From: Candidatus Peregrinibacteria bacterium CG_4_9_14_0_2_um_filter_53_11
Lineage (GTDB): Bacteria > Patescibacteriota > Gracilibacteria > UBA1369 > UM-FILTER-53-11
Assembly: GCA_002788775.1 (NCBI GenBank)
Contig: PFRX01000028.1
Location: 18,959 to 82,958, forward strand
Length of the DNA: 64,000 bases
Direction of reading: 5' to 3'
The notes below the pieces were generated by a model. The model worked only from the letters and a program-made list of their open reading frames with translations, was not told the DNA's origin and made no database searches. Below are positions 52,247-62,593 of the stretch, one piece after another. Each line of letters starts with the position of its first letter. The first letter of the stretch is position 1. Both the position numbers and the translations under genes were made by a program.

Positions 52247-52828
52247 TTAATAGATTTTAATATAAACCCACTCATCATCAATTCTTTCAGGTGCTAACTC
52301 TCTCCTTTCAAGTACAACTTTTCCACGAACCGTCATAGGAAAATTGACCTCGTAAAGACATGAAAAAATTTGCGGACAATAAAGTATCATCTTTTCTCCA
52401 CCTATTGCTCCAAAACTTTTAAAAAAACTGAGTGCGAAGGCTGGACTTGAGCCAATAATTGAAACCTCCTTGCTCGCGGTAACGCTGGGTTCGTATGTGA
52501 GGAGATCATATCCTAGCGCATCGTCTGGATCGGGAACAGATACAACATACTTGGGAACCAAATCTGAGATACCCACAGGATATTCACCAAGATCCAATTT
52601 ATATTGATTTATTGCCTGTACGAGTGGGGAGTATTGAGCCAATGAACGAGACAGAAATGCGTTCTCAATAAATGGCGATAGTACCATAAATAAGAATAAC
52701 AAAAATACATTACTCAGTAGCAGCATATATTTTCTAGGGAAAAAAATTATCTCCGCATACCTTTTTTGCAAAAAATGGTTGATAACATTAAGTGCCGATA
52801 AAAATAGGAGAAAGTAAAGGTATGTCAT
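52247..52828 (-). CDS. AT-rich membrane protein, candidate Rhs immunity protein
   Basis: 8 nt downstream of the Rhs stop; two N-terminal TM segments; visibly AT-richer than the flanks. Confidence 0.6.
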   Translation of the reverse strand: MTYLYFLLFLSALNVINHFLQKRYAEIIFFPRKYMLLLSNVFLLFLFMVLSPFIENAFLSRSLAQYSPLVQAINQYKLDLGEYPVGISDLVPKYVVSVPDPDDALGYDLLTYEPSVTASKEVSIIGSSPAFALSFFKSFGAIGGEKMILYCPQIFSCLYEVNFPMTVRGKVVLERRELAPERIDDEWVYIKIY

Positions 52829-52836
52829 GCTAGTGC

Positions 52837-55800
52837 TTATTTAGTCTTCCAGTAATCATAGCCGGGAGCAGAAATAAAAGTGTACCCTAACTCATATTCA
52901 AGTGCTTTGTTGAGTTTTTGGTCATCAATATTTAAACCGTATTTTTGGTACAAAGTTATGCCGGTTTTAATAAGCATCTGATCCGTTGGATCGTCAAAAT
53001 AAGATGCATACCAGTCGGTGTCAGAAGTACGGCTATATATTTGTGCGGCACCAGCACCGGAAAGCAATGTAGTGGAGGGTATTCCAGCTGCTGCGCCTGT
53101 GTAACCAAAATTTATATTGCCTCTGGCATCAAAAAGCACTCTGTTGTCAGTTACACCAGCTAATGTAACCGGCTCTGTAGAACCAAAACGTTTTACATCC
53201 TGAATTTTATAATCCCAATCTCCACCTGGTTTGACGTGATTAAAAAACTGAATATATGTTGATGCTCTTTCCGCCTCATATAGTAACCCGGCTGCAGCTT
53301 TTGCCCCCACTCTTGCTCCGGGCCTCCACCATGGTATCTTATTCGCCTCTTTCAGTGCTTCCGCACGTACTAACAAGTCGTGCTGATAAGCATTAGCCAT
53401 CTCTTTCCCGTTAGCTTTCAACTTCTGGATAAGATCACTCGTTGGGTCAAAACAGATGGAGCAAACTGATGTTGCAGATGCTGAGGAACTGGCAAGTAAG
53501 ATAGGTGTCGAGGCATAACTTGAGTTATCTTCTATAATCTGTTCCGTTACCGCCTCCGACTCATTTCCCGTCGGGTCAGTATACCTTAAGGGGTTATTAT
53601 TTGCGTAAGCGTAGGAGTTCCTTGAGATCAGACTACCAACTGCCCCCATGTACTTGTCGCGGCTTATAAAGCGGCCCGTTGTTGGGTTGTAGTAGCGGGC
53701 GTTGTAGTAGAAGAGGTTGGACTCGGAGTCGTACTCCTGGCCCGTAAAGAGGTAGCGGGTCTCATCACTTCCAAGCGAACCGATAATCTCTCCGTAGGGA
53801 TCGTAGTCGTACTGCTGAGTGATCTCACCGGCTTCATTACTCAACATAACGGCGGAGCCGAGGGCATCGGAGTGTACGAAGATGATTCGTCCTTGGGCGT
53901 CAATCTCTGCCACCTCTCCAACTCCCTGAACGATCGTCCTTTCCACTCCACCATTGGTGTTGAGCTCGTTCAGGACGGTCAGCCCATCATTGAAGTAGTA
54001 GGTCGAGTCGGAGCCGTTGACGGTCTTCTTGATTCGATTGCCCGCGTCATCATAGGCAAAGGTCAGGCTGTTCTCATTGAGCTGAGGCATGAAGTTGGGA
54101 CGAGAGGCGTCCGTGTAGCGAATCTGGGAGAGTCGGTTCTGAACATCCCAGCTGTAGCTGACGTTCTTGAGTGGCTGGCCCAGACGAGAGTAGCTCTCAC
54201 GGGTGAGTGAGCCGTTGCCGTCATACTCCATCGCAACGGTCAGACGGCCGTTGGTCGTGTAGGAGCGGAGCTCCTCAGAGTCGTTTGCGTAACTGTAAGA
54301 GGTCGAGCCGAGCGCCGAGCCCAGGCTCAGACGATTTCCTTGAGCGTCATAGTTAAAGCGGAGGTCCTGAGCTCCGGCTACGTCGGTATAGTCGACAGTC
54401 TTGAGCTGATCGAGAAGATCATAGGTGTAGTTGATAGTTCGGTCGGTATCGGTACCATCCACAGAGGTGCGCTCCACAAGCTGAGTTCTATTACTCTGAG
54501 CATCGAAGTCGTACTCGTGAGCGAAGAGCTCGTTGTTCTGAGCGTCACGGAGGGTAATGTTATCGAGACGATTCAGTGAGTCATAGCCGTAGCTTGTGGC
54601 CAAGCCGTTCCCATAGGTAAGTTCGGTTGGCTGGGCGAGGGCGTTGTACTCATAGGTCGCGAGTGCACTTCCACCGAAGGTCACAGTGTCGAGCAGGCCT
54701 CGGCTGTCGTAGTTGTAGTCCAGGAGCCGTCCGGCGGCATCCGTTAGAGTGTTGAGCTTACCATCGGCCGTGTAGGTGCGGTTCACAGCATACGACTGAC
54801 CGTTGAGGTCGGTGTAGGTTTTCGTCTCACGGGTTCTCAGGTTGAGGAGGTCATACTGATAGCTGGTTGTACCAACAGGCTCGACGAGCTGGGTAAGCTG
54901 ATCCCAGTTATCGTAGCTGTAGTTGAAGATTGAGCCATCATCAAGAGCCTTGCGGGTAAGGCGACTCTTAGCGTCGTAGGCGAAGGTCGTGAGCTGCCCC
55001 TCTCCATCGGTCTTCTGAGTAATGTTCCCCAGAGCATCATAGTCAAAGCCTTCCGTCTTATTGCCCGGGTGGGTTATCTGCGTAACGCGGTTAAGGGCAT
55101 CGTAACTAAAGGCGGTGACAGTACCCCCCGTCGTCTCGGCGAGACGATTACCGTTGTTATCATAGGTGTAGCTGGTGACTGTTTCTACTGCGTTGCTCTC
55201 TGTTAAGAGGCGGTTGAGCTTGTCGTAGGTGTAGGTCGTCGTGTGATTGAGCCAGTCGCTCTCGCTGGTGGTGTTGCCCGCGGCATCGTAGAGATAGTCG
55301 AGAGTAGCTCCCGAGACGTTGGTAACGGTTGTGAGACGGTTCGCATTGTCATAGTCGTAATTGGTAACGGTGTTATCCGGGGCTGTAACCTGCACCTTGT
55401 TGCCGTTGCCATCAAAGACTGTGACCGTAAGATTCTGGTCGGCATCACGCTGCTGGATGGCTCTGCCGAAGTCGTCATAGGTAGAGCTGACCGTGCGTCC
55501 AAGCTCATCAGTCCTGCTCGTCAGATTAGAGAGCGCGTCGTAGGTGTAGCTAACATGGGCCCCCTTGGCATCCGTCGTCTGAGTCTTTCGATCAAGATTA
55601 TCGTAGGTGTGAGTGGTGACGTGGGCACTGTTGTTACCATTGGCATCCTTGCGGTCAACAACCTGCAGCAGATTGTTCTGCTTGTCATAGGTGAAGGTCG
55701 TCTCTTTGTTCAAAGAGTTCCGCTCCAAGATGAGGCGGTTCATCTCGTCATAGCCATAAGTTGCCGTATTCCCATCCGCATTGCGCAGAGCGGGGTCGGC

Positions 55801-58800
55801 GTTGGCACGGGCATCGCGAACACCTGTTCTATTACCGTTCGCATCATAGGTGTAGGAGGTGAGGCCACCCGCCGTATCAGTTACGGAGGTCAGGCGTCCA
55901 AGGAGGTCATAGGTCGTGGTCGTCGTCTGCCCCTTGGGATCGGTCGTACTTACGAGCTCATCAAAGCCATCATAAGTGTAGGTGGTCTCAACAAATGAGG
56001 TCTGACCGGCATCAACGAACTTCTTCGATGAGAGGAGGTTGTTACGACCATCATAGCTAAAGACTGAAGACTGGCCCTGAGTGTTGCTCTCGCTCACCTT
56101 GTTACCATTGCGGTCGTACTGAAACGTCGTCGTATTATAGGGGGCAGCTATAGCTGAGACACGATTGGCATCGTCATAGCTGTAGCTGGTGACAACATCG
56201 CGCGCATCAACATCCCTCACCTTGTTGCCAACGAAGTCGTACTCACTACTCGTGAAGATGGTCTCACCGCGAGGGCCTGTGATCGACGTTGAGAGAAGGC
56301 TCTCCTCGATGTCAGTGTCGTAAACATAGGTCGTGACACGTCCCTGTGGATCGTTCTTCTGGATAAGATGGTCCTCACTGTCGTAGATGTAGGTCGTGAC
56401 ATTTCCCGCCGGATCCTGGGCCCGCTTCAGGTTGCCGTGACTATCGTACTGGAACTGAGAGACAAAGCCGCGCGCGTTGGTCACACTCGTCTTGTTACCA
56501 AAAACATCGTAGACGTAGCTTCGCTGAACCAGCTGAGTTGAGCCATCGGGAAGGGTTACCGTAATCGACTCCCCCGTTCTGTAGTTCTGGGCGGCATCGT
56601 AGGTGTAGTCGGTGACGTTGTTGTTCTTATCCCATGAGCGGAGGATGTTTCCCCTATTGTCATAACTAAAGCGCTCCTGCCCACCGAGATCGTAGTTGAT
56701 GGTAAGGAGGTTTCCGTTACTCTGGTCGTAAACAAAGTTGGCAGATCGGATAACAACCGTTGCCGGGTTGACGAGAGAGGTTGCCGTCTTGGTCTGAACA
56801 CTGACCTTGTTAACTACGGGGTGGTACTGATAGGTCGTGACCGTGTTCCAGCCGTGACTAAATGGTTGCTGCTGACGGGTTACTCTGCGGTACTGATCAT
56901 AGTCGTAGAGCGTCGCATTGCCGTTTGGATCGGTAACACGCGTGGCCATGCCATCAGGATTATACTGGTATGAGGTCGCTCCACCATTATCGCCTTCTTT
57001 TTCGTAGATCTTAAGACCCTCCTGATCAAAACAGGTATAGGTCTTGTAGAAGTCGGGATCATCACCTGAGCGGAAGTTTTTCACGGTCGTACATGAGGTG
57101 CTTCCGGGGACGTTTCCGTCGGGAGCATCCGTGTAGCTCAAGGTGTAGATGCGTCGTTGATCGTTGGCACCGAGACGAGGGTTCTTTTCGTCCTGGCGGA
57201 TGACACGTCCTTGATCGTCATAGGTATTGTAGAGGACCGTTCCACGCGCATCCGTATAGGTGGCCATACGGTCGTTATCATAGGTGAAGGTTCGAACGAG
57301 ATTTTCAGTTGAGCCGTTAAACGAGCGGACATTGGTCACCGTGGTAAGGAAGCCACTTTCGTAACCATAGCGAACCAGCCGGTGGTCCTGAGTATTCAGA
57401 TTATCGTGAACTTCGGTAATCTTATCGAACATCTCCCCATCATCCTCTGCACCATAAACGAAGCTGACCGTTCGGCCCGAGGCATCGGTAATAGTTGTAA
57501 GAAGTGGAATATCGCGACGCTGAATATAAGTGAAAGCGGTGACATTTCCCTTAAGATCAGTAATCTGCTCAACCATGCCGAGCTGCGTTGTCCTCTTATA
57601 GGTAAAGTCATAGCGAACGCCATCAAATGTGGTGTAAGTCAGGAGGGCATTGTCCGGCGTTCCGTTGTTGACCAAGGTTCCATCAACACCTTTCGGTGCA
57701 ACGAAGGTCGCGCCGTTATCATTGGTCGTAAAGAGGGCCGCGAGGGTACCTCCAAGATAGACGAGAACATTTCTCGTAGCTGGATCCTGGTAGTAGTACA
57801 TGTTGGTGGAGTGATTCCATCCAAAACCGATACGGTTATTCTTGTCGACCACGCGGCTGTTGTAGCTGCGCGTTATGTTTATGGGAATACCACGCCCCTT
57901 GAGCTCAAGATCGGTCTGAATGAACTCAAAGACTCCCGTACGGATGTTAACCGGATCGGCGGCGTAGTTGATTGCCAGCTTGTCAACCAAGGTCGAAAGC
58001 CAGTTTGAGGCATTCAGCTGGAAGAGGGAGACCGTCTGAGCACCATTAACATTAGTTCCGACATACTTCTCTTCAAGATCAGAGAAGGTGTCTCTATCGG
58101 TATCAGAGAGCTCTTCCGGATCTGGTGGGGGGGTTGCACCTCCTCCGCCACCTCCGCCCGGGCTACAGTTTCCACAGTAGCCGCTGCGCTCAACGGTAAA
58201 GATCTGATCCGAGTCAACCGCATTGTTGTTGTAGTTACGCTCGCTCAAACTGTTTGCGGTGTTCATGCCAAGGACAAGCACATAGCTATCGTTGAAGGGA
58301 ATATTTCCGGGCACAACACCTGAGAGCGTCCTCAAAACATTGGCACCGGCAGAGATATCGAGGGAGGCCGGATTGTGCGACGTTAACTGGTAAAGCTCCC
58401 CTGTGCTCGTCGACTGGAGTACAAGAATGTAGGGAAGACCGATGGCCGTGATATTGCCCGAGTTCATGATACGAGCCTGCGCCTCGAGACGCTCGCCTGA
58501 GATAAATGTGTGGACGTTCTGAACGTCCAGATTGACGGGGTAGATATCGCGAGTCTCAGGGACGGTAAAGCTCACTGAGCTCTTATTGTTACCTTCACTG
58601 CTCTCATTGGTGATCTCGTCCAGATTGTCGACCCAGAAGGAGAAGTAGTAGGTCCCCGAGGCAGTCCCCTCCGGAACGGTATAACTTATAGATTCGCTGC
58701 TCGTATTACTTCCGCTACCACTGGCCTGAAGAGTTCCAAACGAGTCATTTCCTATGCTATTTCCATCTGAGTAAGAAGGGTTGGAGCGACTAATATAATA

Positions 58801-61284
58801 GCGCACGTGGCCGGAGTCGTTCGCCGCACCCTGACCATTATTTCGAACCTGCAGGCTGAGCGTCGTGGAGTCACCGGGATAGACCGAATTATCCGTTAGG
58901 CTGGCATTGGCGTAGGTGATATCAGAAAGTTGCGCACGCGCATTTACGGTAAGCGCACGCGTGAACTTGTTATTGCTCTCGTTCGACTCGGCAATCTGTT
59001 GCAGTGAGTCTATCCAGTAGTAAAAAGTGTAGTTTCCGGGAGCCAGATCATTGGGGATTGTATAGCTGAAGCTAACCTGAGTCGTGCTATTTGCATTAAT
59101 CGCGTTAAATGTCCGGTAGCCGACATAGTAGGTACCGGAATAATCCTCGCCAACTCCACTGGGTCTCAGGTAGTAAGAGATGCGCCCGGTCCGTCCGGTG
59201 CTAACACTCCCACGGTTGGAGATCGTATTTGTGATAGTGTAAACCTCGCCTTGATCGATACTTGCCACAGCGGATGAGCCCCCGGAAGTAAGATCCGGGA
59301 AGAGAGCCGGTGCCGTGGTATTTACCTTAAGGTAAGGACCGTTGTCATTAGCATTCCGTGAAGAGCTGAAAATCATCAACTTGTCGGGCCAAGCGGGGCG
59401 GGCACCGCTGTTCCACGTGGGTGTTGGCTCAACCAAGAGGCCATAGTTATTTCGAGCACCACTGAACCAGTCACGAACGAGGTTACTGACCGTCCAGCTG
59501 TACCAGCCGATGCTCTGAGTGTTTACATCTCGAAAACCGATGTCGGTCATCCTACCTCGGATGTCATTGTAGTGGAAGTCCCAATCACGTTGCCAGAAAG
59601 TATCAATCCTTCGCGCAACCGTCGAGACGCTTCCCCTGAAACTACCATTCCCCAGAGTCGTTCGGAGATACATTAAGAGGAAGGCGGAGTTGATCGTGTA
59701 GTTCGCGGGGATCGCACTGATATTGAACTTCATGATCGGATGACGTGTCGCGAGGTCACGACTGGAATAGCCCATATAAAGATCGGCTGATTCGGTCCAG
59801 CTACCAGCTATATACCTAAGGTAAAAGTCAGTTGTCGAAAAGCTATTGTTCTGACAAGAAAGCCCGTTCCCATTGAGGTCGCGATTTCCTGCAAGACAGA
59901 AGTAGTACTCGGGATCGATCGTGACCGGGTACTGGCGCTCTTTGGACAAAAGGTAGTCGGCGCTAAGCTTGAGCCCGATCCTCACGACACTCTGAGTGTA
60001 GTCGATATCGACAATCTGCTTAACAGGGAAAACCTGATCGGAGAGCTCGAGCTCTTCCGGGGTGGTGCCGGCACTTTTATCATAGACTAAAGCATCGGTG
60101 ATCCTGAAGAGACTTCCACTGGGAGTCTTAACATTCAGAGTAGTCTTCTCCATCTCAGTCCGGCCGGCCTCAAGAGGCTTTCCGTTGGAATCGATCAGGA
60201 GCGACCCCGCAGGAAGCTTATACTGCTCCCAGAATACGGCATCCTCGCCTTCCTTCAAATTAGTGGGAAGAGAGTTGAGTATAATTTTTCGCTCTCGGTA
60301 CGCTCCCTTATCGGCGAACTGTACGTCGATTCCCTTATAGACGTTCTCCAAGGTAGTCACCGTGGCCGTATCCTCATCTCTCTGGCTAAACTGAGGCTTG
60401 AGTACGGGCCAGTTCGTCGCCCCTTCCTCGTAAGCGCCCGGCATAATGGTAATGGCCTCACCATCTTCCAGCGGAACACTGAAGAAGTAACCTTCATCGA
60501 CGGCCTCGTTGAACTGGGTGCCCTGAAGCTCATTAAACAAGTTCCAGCCGGCTTCTCGGACCATGAGCTTCTCCCCATCTTTGTAGAGAAGTCGAGGCTC
60601 AGAGAAAAGGCGGTACTCATACTCGCCATTTCCCAGATCGACCACATCAGTCATCTGGTCTACGACTTGCAGATGGTCCGCGATGAACTCGGGTGAGTCT
60701 TTGGTGTAGTCATCGAGTTTGTAGTAGGGATAGATCTTAGTCTCTTGAGGATTAATCGTCGCCTCCGGGTCGGCCTTGACCTCTGTGTCAGCCTCCACCT
60801 CAGGTTCGGTAAGCGGAGTGGCATCTTCTTCTTCTGGGAAGGGACCATAGTAGAGCTGCTCGCCGCTGTCATCCAAGACCTCTGGAGAGTAGGGGCCGTC
60901 CGGATTAGCGAGAGCTTCCTCGACAGCCGATTCTGCGATGGGCTCGGCAAGAGGGAGTTCTTCAGAGTCGTCCTGGACGACCGGGGCGACGGGCTCGACG
61001 GGAAGTTCAACCACCGGAGCCGGCTCGACAGGCTCTTCCACAAGCTCCACGGGAGCCTCTGCGGGCTCGACGGGCTCCTCTGCAACCGGTGCCGCATCTT
61101 CTTTCGCCGGCGCGGGTGTCTCTTCTTCCACAACCGGCTCGGCGGGAGGCGCCTCCACGGCGGGAAGCTCCACTTGAGTCAAGGGAGGTTCTGAGACCGT
61201 CGTCTGAGCAAGGGCTGGAAGCAGCGACTCAGCTACGAGCAAAAAGCTAAAGAAAACCGACGTGGCTACCTTCAAAAGTTTCAT
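52837..61284 (-). CDS. WapA-like Rhs/YD-repeat polymorphic toxin (signal peptide, DNRLRE-like, 3x CARDB, DUF6531, YD repeats, Rhs core, Ntox44-like C-terminus)
   Basis: YPVTIDP; DPVNIRTG..R.YNS..G.GW; many YD..GN repeats; YYNARYYNP..GRF..NNPLRYTDPTG; CT GGDWDYK..GNINFGYTG.AAG..GAG.AQ..DDPTDQ; start set at ATG 61284. Confidence 0.9.
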   Translation of the reverse strand: MKLLKVATSVFFSFLLVAESLLPALAQTTVSEPPLTQVELPAVEAPPAEPVVEEETPAPAKEDAAPVAEEPVEPAEAPVELVEEPVEPAPVVELPVEPVAPVVQDDSEELPLAEPIAESAVEEALANPDGPYSPEVLDDSGEQLYYGPFPEEEDATPLTEPEVEADTEVKADPEATINPQETKIYPYYKLDDYTKDSPEFIADHLQVVDQMTDVVDLGNGEYEYRLFSEPRLLYKDGEKLMVREAGWNLFNELQGTQFNEAVDEGYFFSVPLEDGEAITIMPGAYEEGATNWPVLKPQFSQRDEDTATVTTLENVYKGIDVQFADKGAYRERKIILNSLPTNLKEGEDAVFWEQYKLPAGSLLIDSNGKPLEAGRTEMEKTTLNVKTPSGSLFRITDALVYDKSAGTTPEELELSDQVFPVKQIVDIDYTQSVVRIGLKLSADYLLSKERQYPVTIDPEYYFCLAGNRDLNGNGLSCQNNSFSTTDFYLRYIAGSWTESADLYMGYSSRDLATRHPIMKFNISAIPANYTINSAFLLMYLRTTLGNGSFRGSVSTVARRIDTFWQRDWDFHYNDIRGRMTDIGFRDVNTQSIGWYSWTVSNLVRDWFSGARNNYGLLVEPTPTWNSGARPAWPDKLMIFSSSRNANDNGPYLKVNTTAPALFPDLTSGGSSAVASIDQGEVYTITNTISNRGSVSTGRTGRISYYLRPSGVGEDYSGTYYVGYRTFNAINANSTTQVSFSYTIPNDLAPGNYTFYYWIDSLQQIAESNESNNKFTRALTVNARAQLSDITYANASLTDNSVYPGDSTTLSLQVRNNGQGAANDSGHVRYYISRSNPSYSDGNSIGNDSFGTLQASGSGSNTSSESISYTVPEGTASGTYYFSFWVDNLDEITNESSEGNNKSSVSFTVPETRDIYPVNLDVQNVHTFISGERLEAQARIMNSGNITAIGLPYILVLQSTSTGELYQLTSHNPASLDISAGANVLRTLSGVVPGNIPFNDSYVLVLGMNTANSLSERNYNNNAVDSDQIFTVERSGYCGNCSPGGGGGGGATPPPDPEELSDTDRDTFSDLEEKYVGTNVNGAQTVSLFQLNASNWLSTLVDKLAINYAADPVNIRTGVFEFIQTDLELKGRGIPINITRSYNSRVVDKNNRIGFGWNHSTNMYYYQDPATRNVLVYLGGTLAALFTTNDNGATFVAPKGVDGTLVNNGTPDNALLTYTTFDGVRYDFTYKRTTQLGMVEQITDLKGNVTAFTYIQRRDIPLLTTITDASGRTVSFVYGAEDDGEMFDKITEVHDNLNTQDHRLVRYGYESGFLTTVTNVRSFNGSTENLVRTFTYDNDRMATYTDARGTVLYNTYDDQGRVIRQDEKNPRLGANDQRRIYTLSYTDAPDGNVPGSTSCTTVKNFRSGDDPDFYKTYTCFDQEGLKIYEKEGDNGGATSYQYNPDGMATRVTDPNGNATLYDYDQYRRVTRQQQPFSHGWNTVTTYQYHPVVNKVSVQTKTATSLVNPATVVIRSANFVYDQSNGNLLTINYDLGGQERFSYDNRGNILRSWDKNNNVTDYTYDAAQNYRTGESITVTLPDGSTQLVQRSYVYDVFGNKTSVTNARGFVSQFQYDSHGNLKRAQDPAGNVTTYIYDSEDHLIQKNDPQGRVTTYVYDTDIEESLLSTSITGPRGETIFTSSEYDFVGNKVRDVDARDVVTSYSYDDANRVSAIAAPYNTTTFQYDRNGNKVSESNTQGQSSVFSYDGRNNLLSSKKFVDAGQTSFVETTYTYDGFDELVSTTDPKGQTTTTTYDLLGRLTSVTDTAGGLTSYTYDANGNRTGVRDARANADPALRNADGNTATYGYDEMNRLILERNSLNKETTFTYDKQNNLLQVVDRKDANGNNSAHVTTHTYDNLDRKTQTTDAKGAHVSYTYDALSNLTSRTDELGRTVSSTYDDFGRAIQQRDADQNLTVTVFDGNGNKVQVTAPDNTVTNYDYDNANRLTTVTNVSGATLDYLYDAAGNTTSESDWLNHTTTYTYDKLNRLLTESNAVETVTSYTYDNNGNRLAETTGGTVTAFSYDALNRVTQITHPGNKTEGFDYDALGNITQKTDGEGQLTTFAYDAKSRLTRKALDDGSIFNYSYDNWDQLTQLVEPVGTTSYQYDLLNLRTRETKTYTDLNGQSYAVNRTYTADGKLNTLTDAAGRLLDYNYDSRGLLDTVTFGGSALATYEYNALAQPTELTYGNGLATSYGYDSLNRLDNITLRDAQNNELFAHEYDFDAQSNRTQLVERTSVDGTDTDRTINYTYDLLDQLKTVDYTDVAGAQDLRFNYDAQGNRLSLGSALGSTSYSYANDSEELRSYTTNGRLTVAMEYDGNGSLTRESYSRLGQPLKNVSYSWDVQNRLSQIRYTDASRPNFMPQLNENSLTFAYDDAGNRIKKTVNGSDSTYYFNDGLTVLNELNTNGGVERTIVQGVGEVAEIDAQGRIIFVHSDALGSAVMLSNEAGEITQQYDYDPYGEIIGSLGSDETRYLFTGQEYDSESNLFYYNARYYNPTTGRFISRDKYMGAVGSLISRNSYAYANNNPLRYTDPTGNESEAVTEQIIEDNSSYASTPILLASSSASATSVCSICFDPTSDLIQKLKANGKEMANAYQHDLLVRAEALKEANKIPWWRPGARVGAKAAAGLLYEAERASTYIQFFNHVKPGGDWDYKIQDVKRFGSTEPVTLAGVTDNRVLFDARGNINFGYTGAAAGIPSTTLLSGAGAAQIYSRTSDTDWYASYFDDPTDQMLIKTGITLYQKYGLNIDDQKLNKALEYELGYTFISAPGYDYWKTK

Positions 61285-61412
61285 ATGAGGGAGGATAAAA
61301 ATGTTCGTAACACACAATGTCCCGCCGGAAGGCGAGTGACATTAGTGGCATAATATATCACGAACTCGGCCCAAAGCCAGCAAAGCCAAAGGAAAACGGT
61401 GGCCTGACCAGG

Positions 61413-62114
61413 CTAATTATTGTCTGGGCGCGAGGGCTCGAATCTAATAATGCAGTTTAGGCAGATCTCCTCGGAATTGTCGTCACTGGGGCTCTCGGTC
61501 GGCTCTTCTACGGTCATCCCGGCCTCAGTAACCAGAGCGATGATCTCCTCCTTTGTGAAAAAGTTAAAAAGGCGGTTTGAGTTGACGCGCCTTTCGCCGC
61601 CACTTCTGAGGTACTTCTCGCCCCCGAGACGTTTTTTAACTCGGATAAAACCCCGAGCTCCCGGCCTGGCAACCCGCCGCACCTCAGCCAAAACCTCGGA
61701 CACCATCTCATCAGGCATATGAAGTAGAACGGAACGGAGACAGACAGCATCAAATGAGGCTTCCGCAAAGGGAAGGGCACGACCATTGGCCACGACAAAA
61801 CTCACATGAGGATGAGCGCGTCGAGCCTCCTCAATAAACTCGGGGACCGGATCAGCCCCGACAGCCCGGTGTCTCTGAGCAAAAAAAGCCGTATCCCTAC
61901 CCCCGGCACATCCCAGATCGAGCACAGTGCCGCCTTCGGGAAGACCCTTATCGAAAGCGCGGATCTCAGCCGGCTGGAGCCCCGCTATCTTAGAAACATA
62001 CTCGGCGGCATGAGCTCGATACCAAGCGAGGGTCTGGTCATGGGCGACCACAGGGTCAAGGCCCGCTGTCGGGGTCTCACCATCGGAATGGGATGTAGCT
62101 TCTGGCGGTCTCAT
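61413..62114 (-). CDS. Class I SAM-dependent methyltransferase
   Basis: VLDLGCAGGRD, LPF....FDAV, LLH, RPG. Confidence 0.88.
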   Translation of the reverse strand: MRPPEATSHSDGETPTAGLDPVVAHDQTLAWYRAHAAEYVSKIAGLQPAEIRAFDKGLPEGGTVLDLGCAGGRDTAFFAQRHRAVGADPVPEFIEEARRAHPHVSFVVANGRALPFAEASFDAVCLRSVLLHMPDEMVSEVLAEVRRVARPGARGFIRVKKRLGGEKYLRSGGERRVNSNRLFNFFTKEEIIALVTEAGMTVEEPTESPSDDNSEEICLNCIIRFEPSRPDNN

Positions 62115-62235
62115 AGGCGGGCTAATCTACGCCTTTTCGCTACGCCCGTCAATTCAGCCTAGAGGGGCCTCAGACAAGCTTCACTCCAGTTGCCAGAACG
62201 ATTGCCCCATCTGCCACAGCAGTTCAGCCGGGTCA

Positions 62236-62291
62236 TTGACAAATCCCCCGCCCCAGATAAAATAATACCGTTTTAGCACATTAAAACGATA
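62236..62291 (+). promoter_or_regulatory. Promoter plus palindromic operator upstream of the YerC/TrpR-like gene
   Basis: TTGACA (62236)-16-TAAAAT (62258-62263); CGTTTTA-GCACAT-TAAAACG at 62269-62288. Confidence 0.6.
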
Positions 62292-62299
62292 CAGGTTCT

Positions 62300-62593
62300 A
62301 TGAATACACAGCTCAACAACAAGGCAGCTAAAGACCTCTTTAAGGCACTCGCCTCACTCGAAACGGCCGAGGAGTGCAAGAAGTTTATGCGAGACCTCTG
62401 CACCCTGGCCGAGCTCGGTGCCATGGCTGAGCGCTGGCAGGTTGTTCAACAAATAGACAAAAAAATCCCCTACCGAACAATCGCAAAAAATACCGGCAGC
62501 AGCACGGCAACAATTACCCGAATAGCCCACTGGCTCAACCACGGGACTGGTGGATACCGGCTTATGCTCAAGCGTCTTTCAGCTCCTGAATAA
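62300..62593 (+). CDS. YerC/YecD family TrpR-like repressor
   Basis: LF.A..SL...EEC..F..DLCT..E...M..RW.V, Y..I...TG.STATITR, G.GGY. Confidence 0.9.
   Translation: MNTQLNNKAAKDLFKALASLETAEECKKFMRDLCTLAELGAMAERWQVVQQIDKKIPYRTIAKNTGSSTATITRIAHWLNHGTGGYRLMLKRLSAPE

Noticed and set aside
53600..57700. Recurring GTCGTAGGT/ATCATAG-like nucleotide motifs
   Set aside because: Reverse complement of YD-repeat codons in the Rhs gene; not a repeat array or a DGR template repeat.
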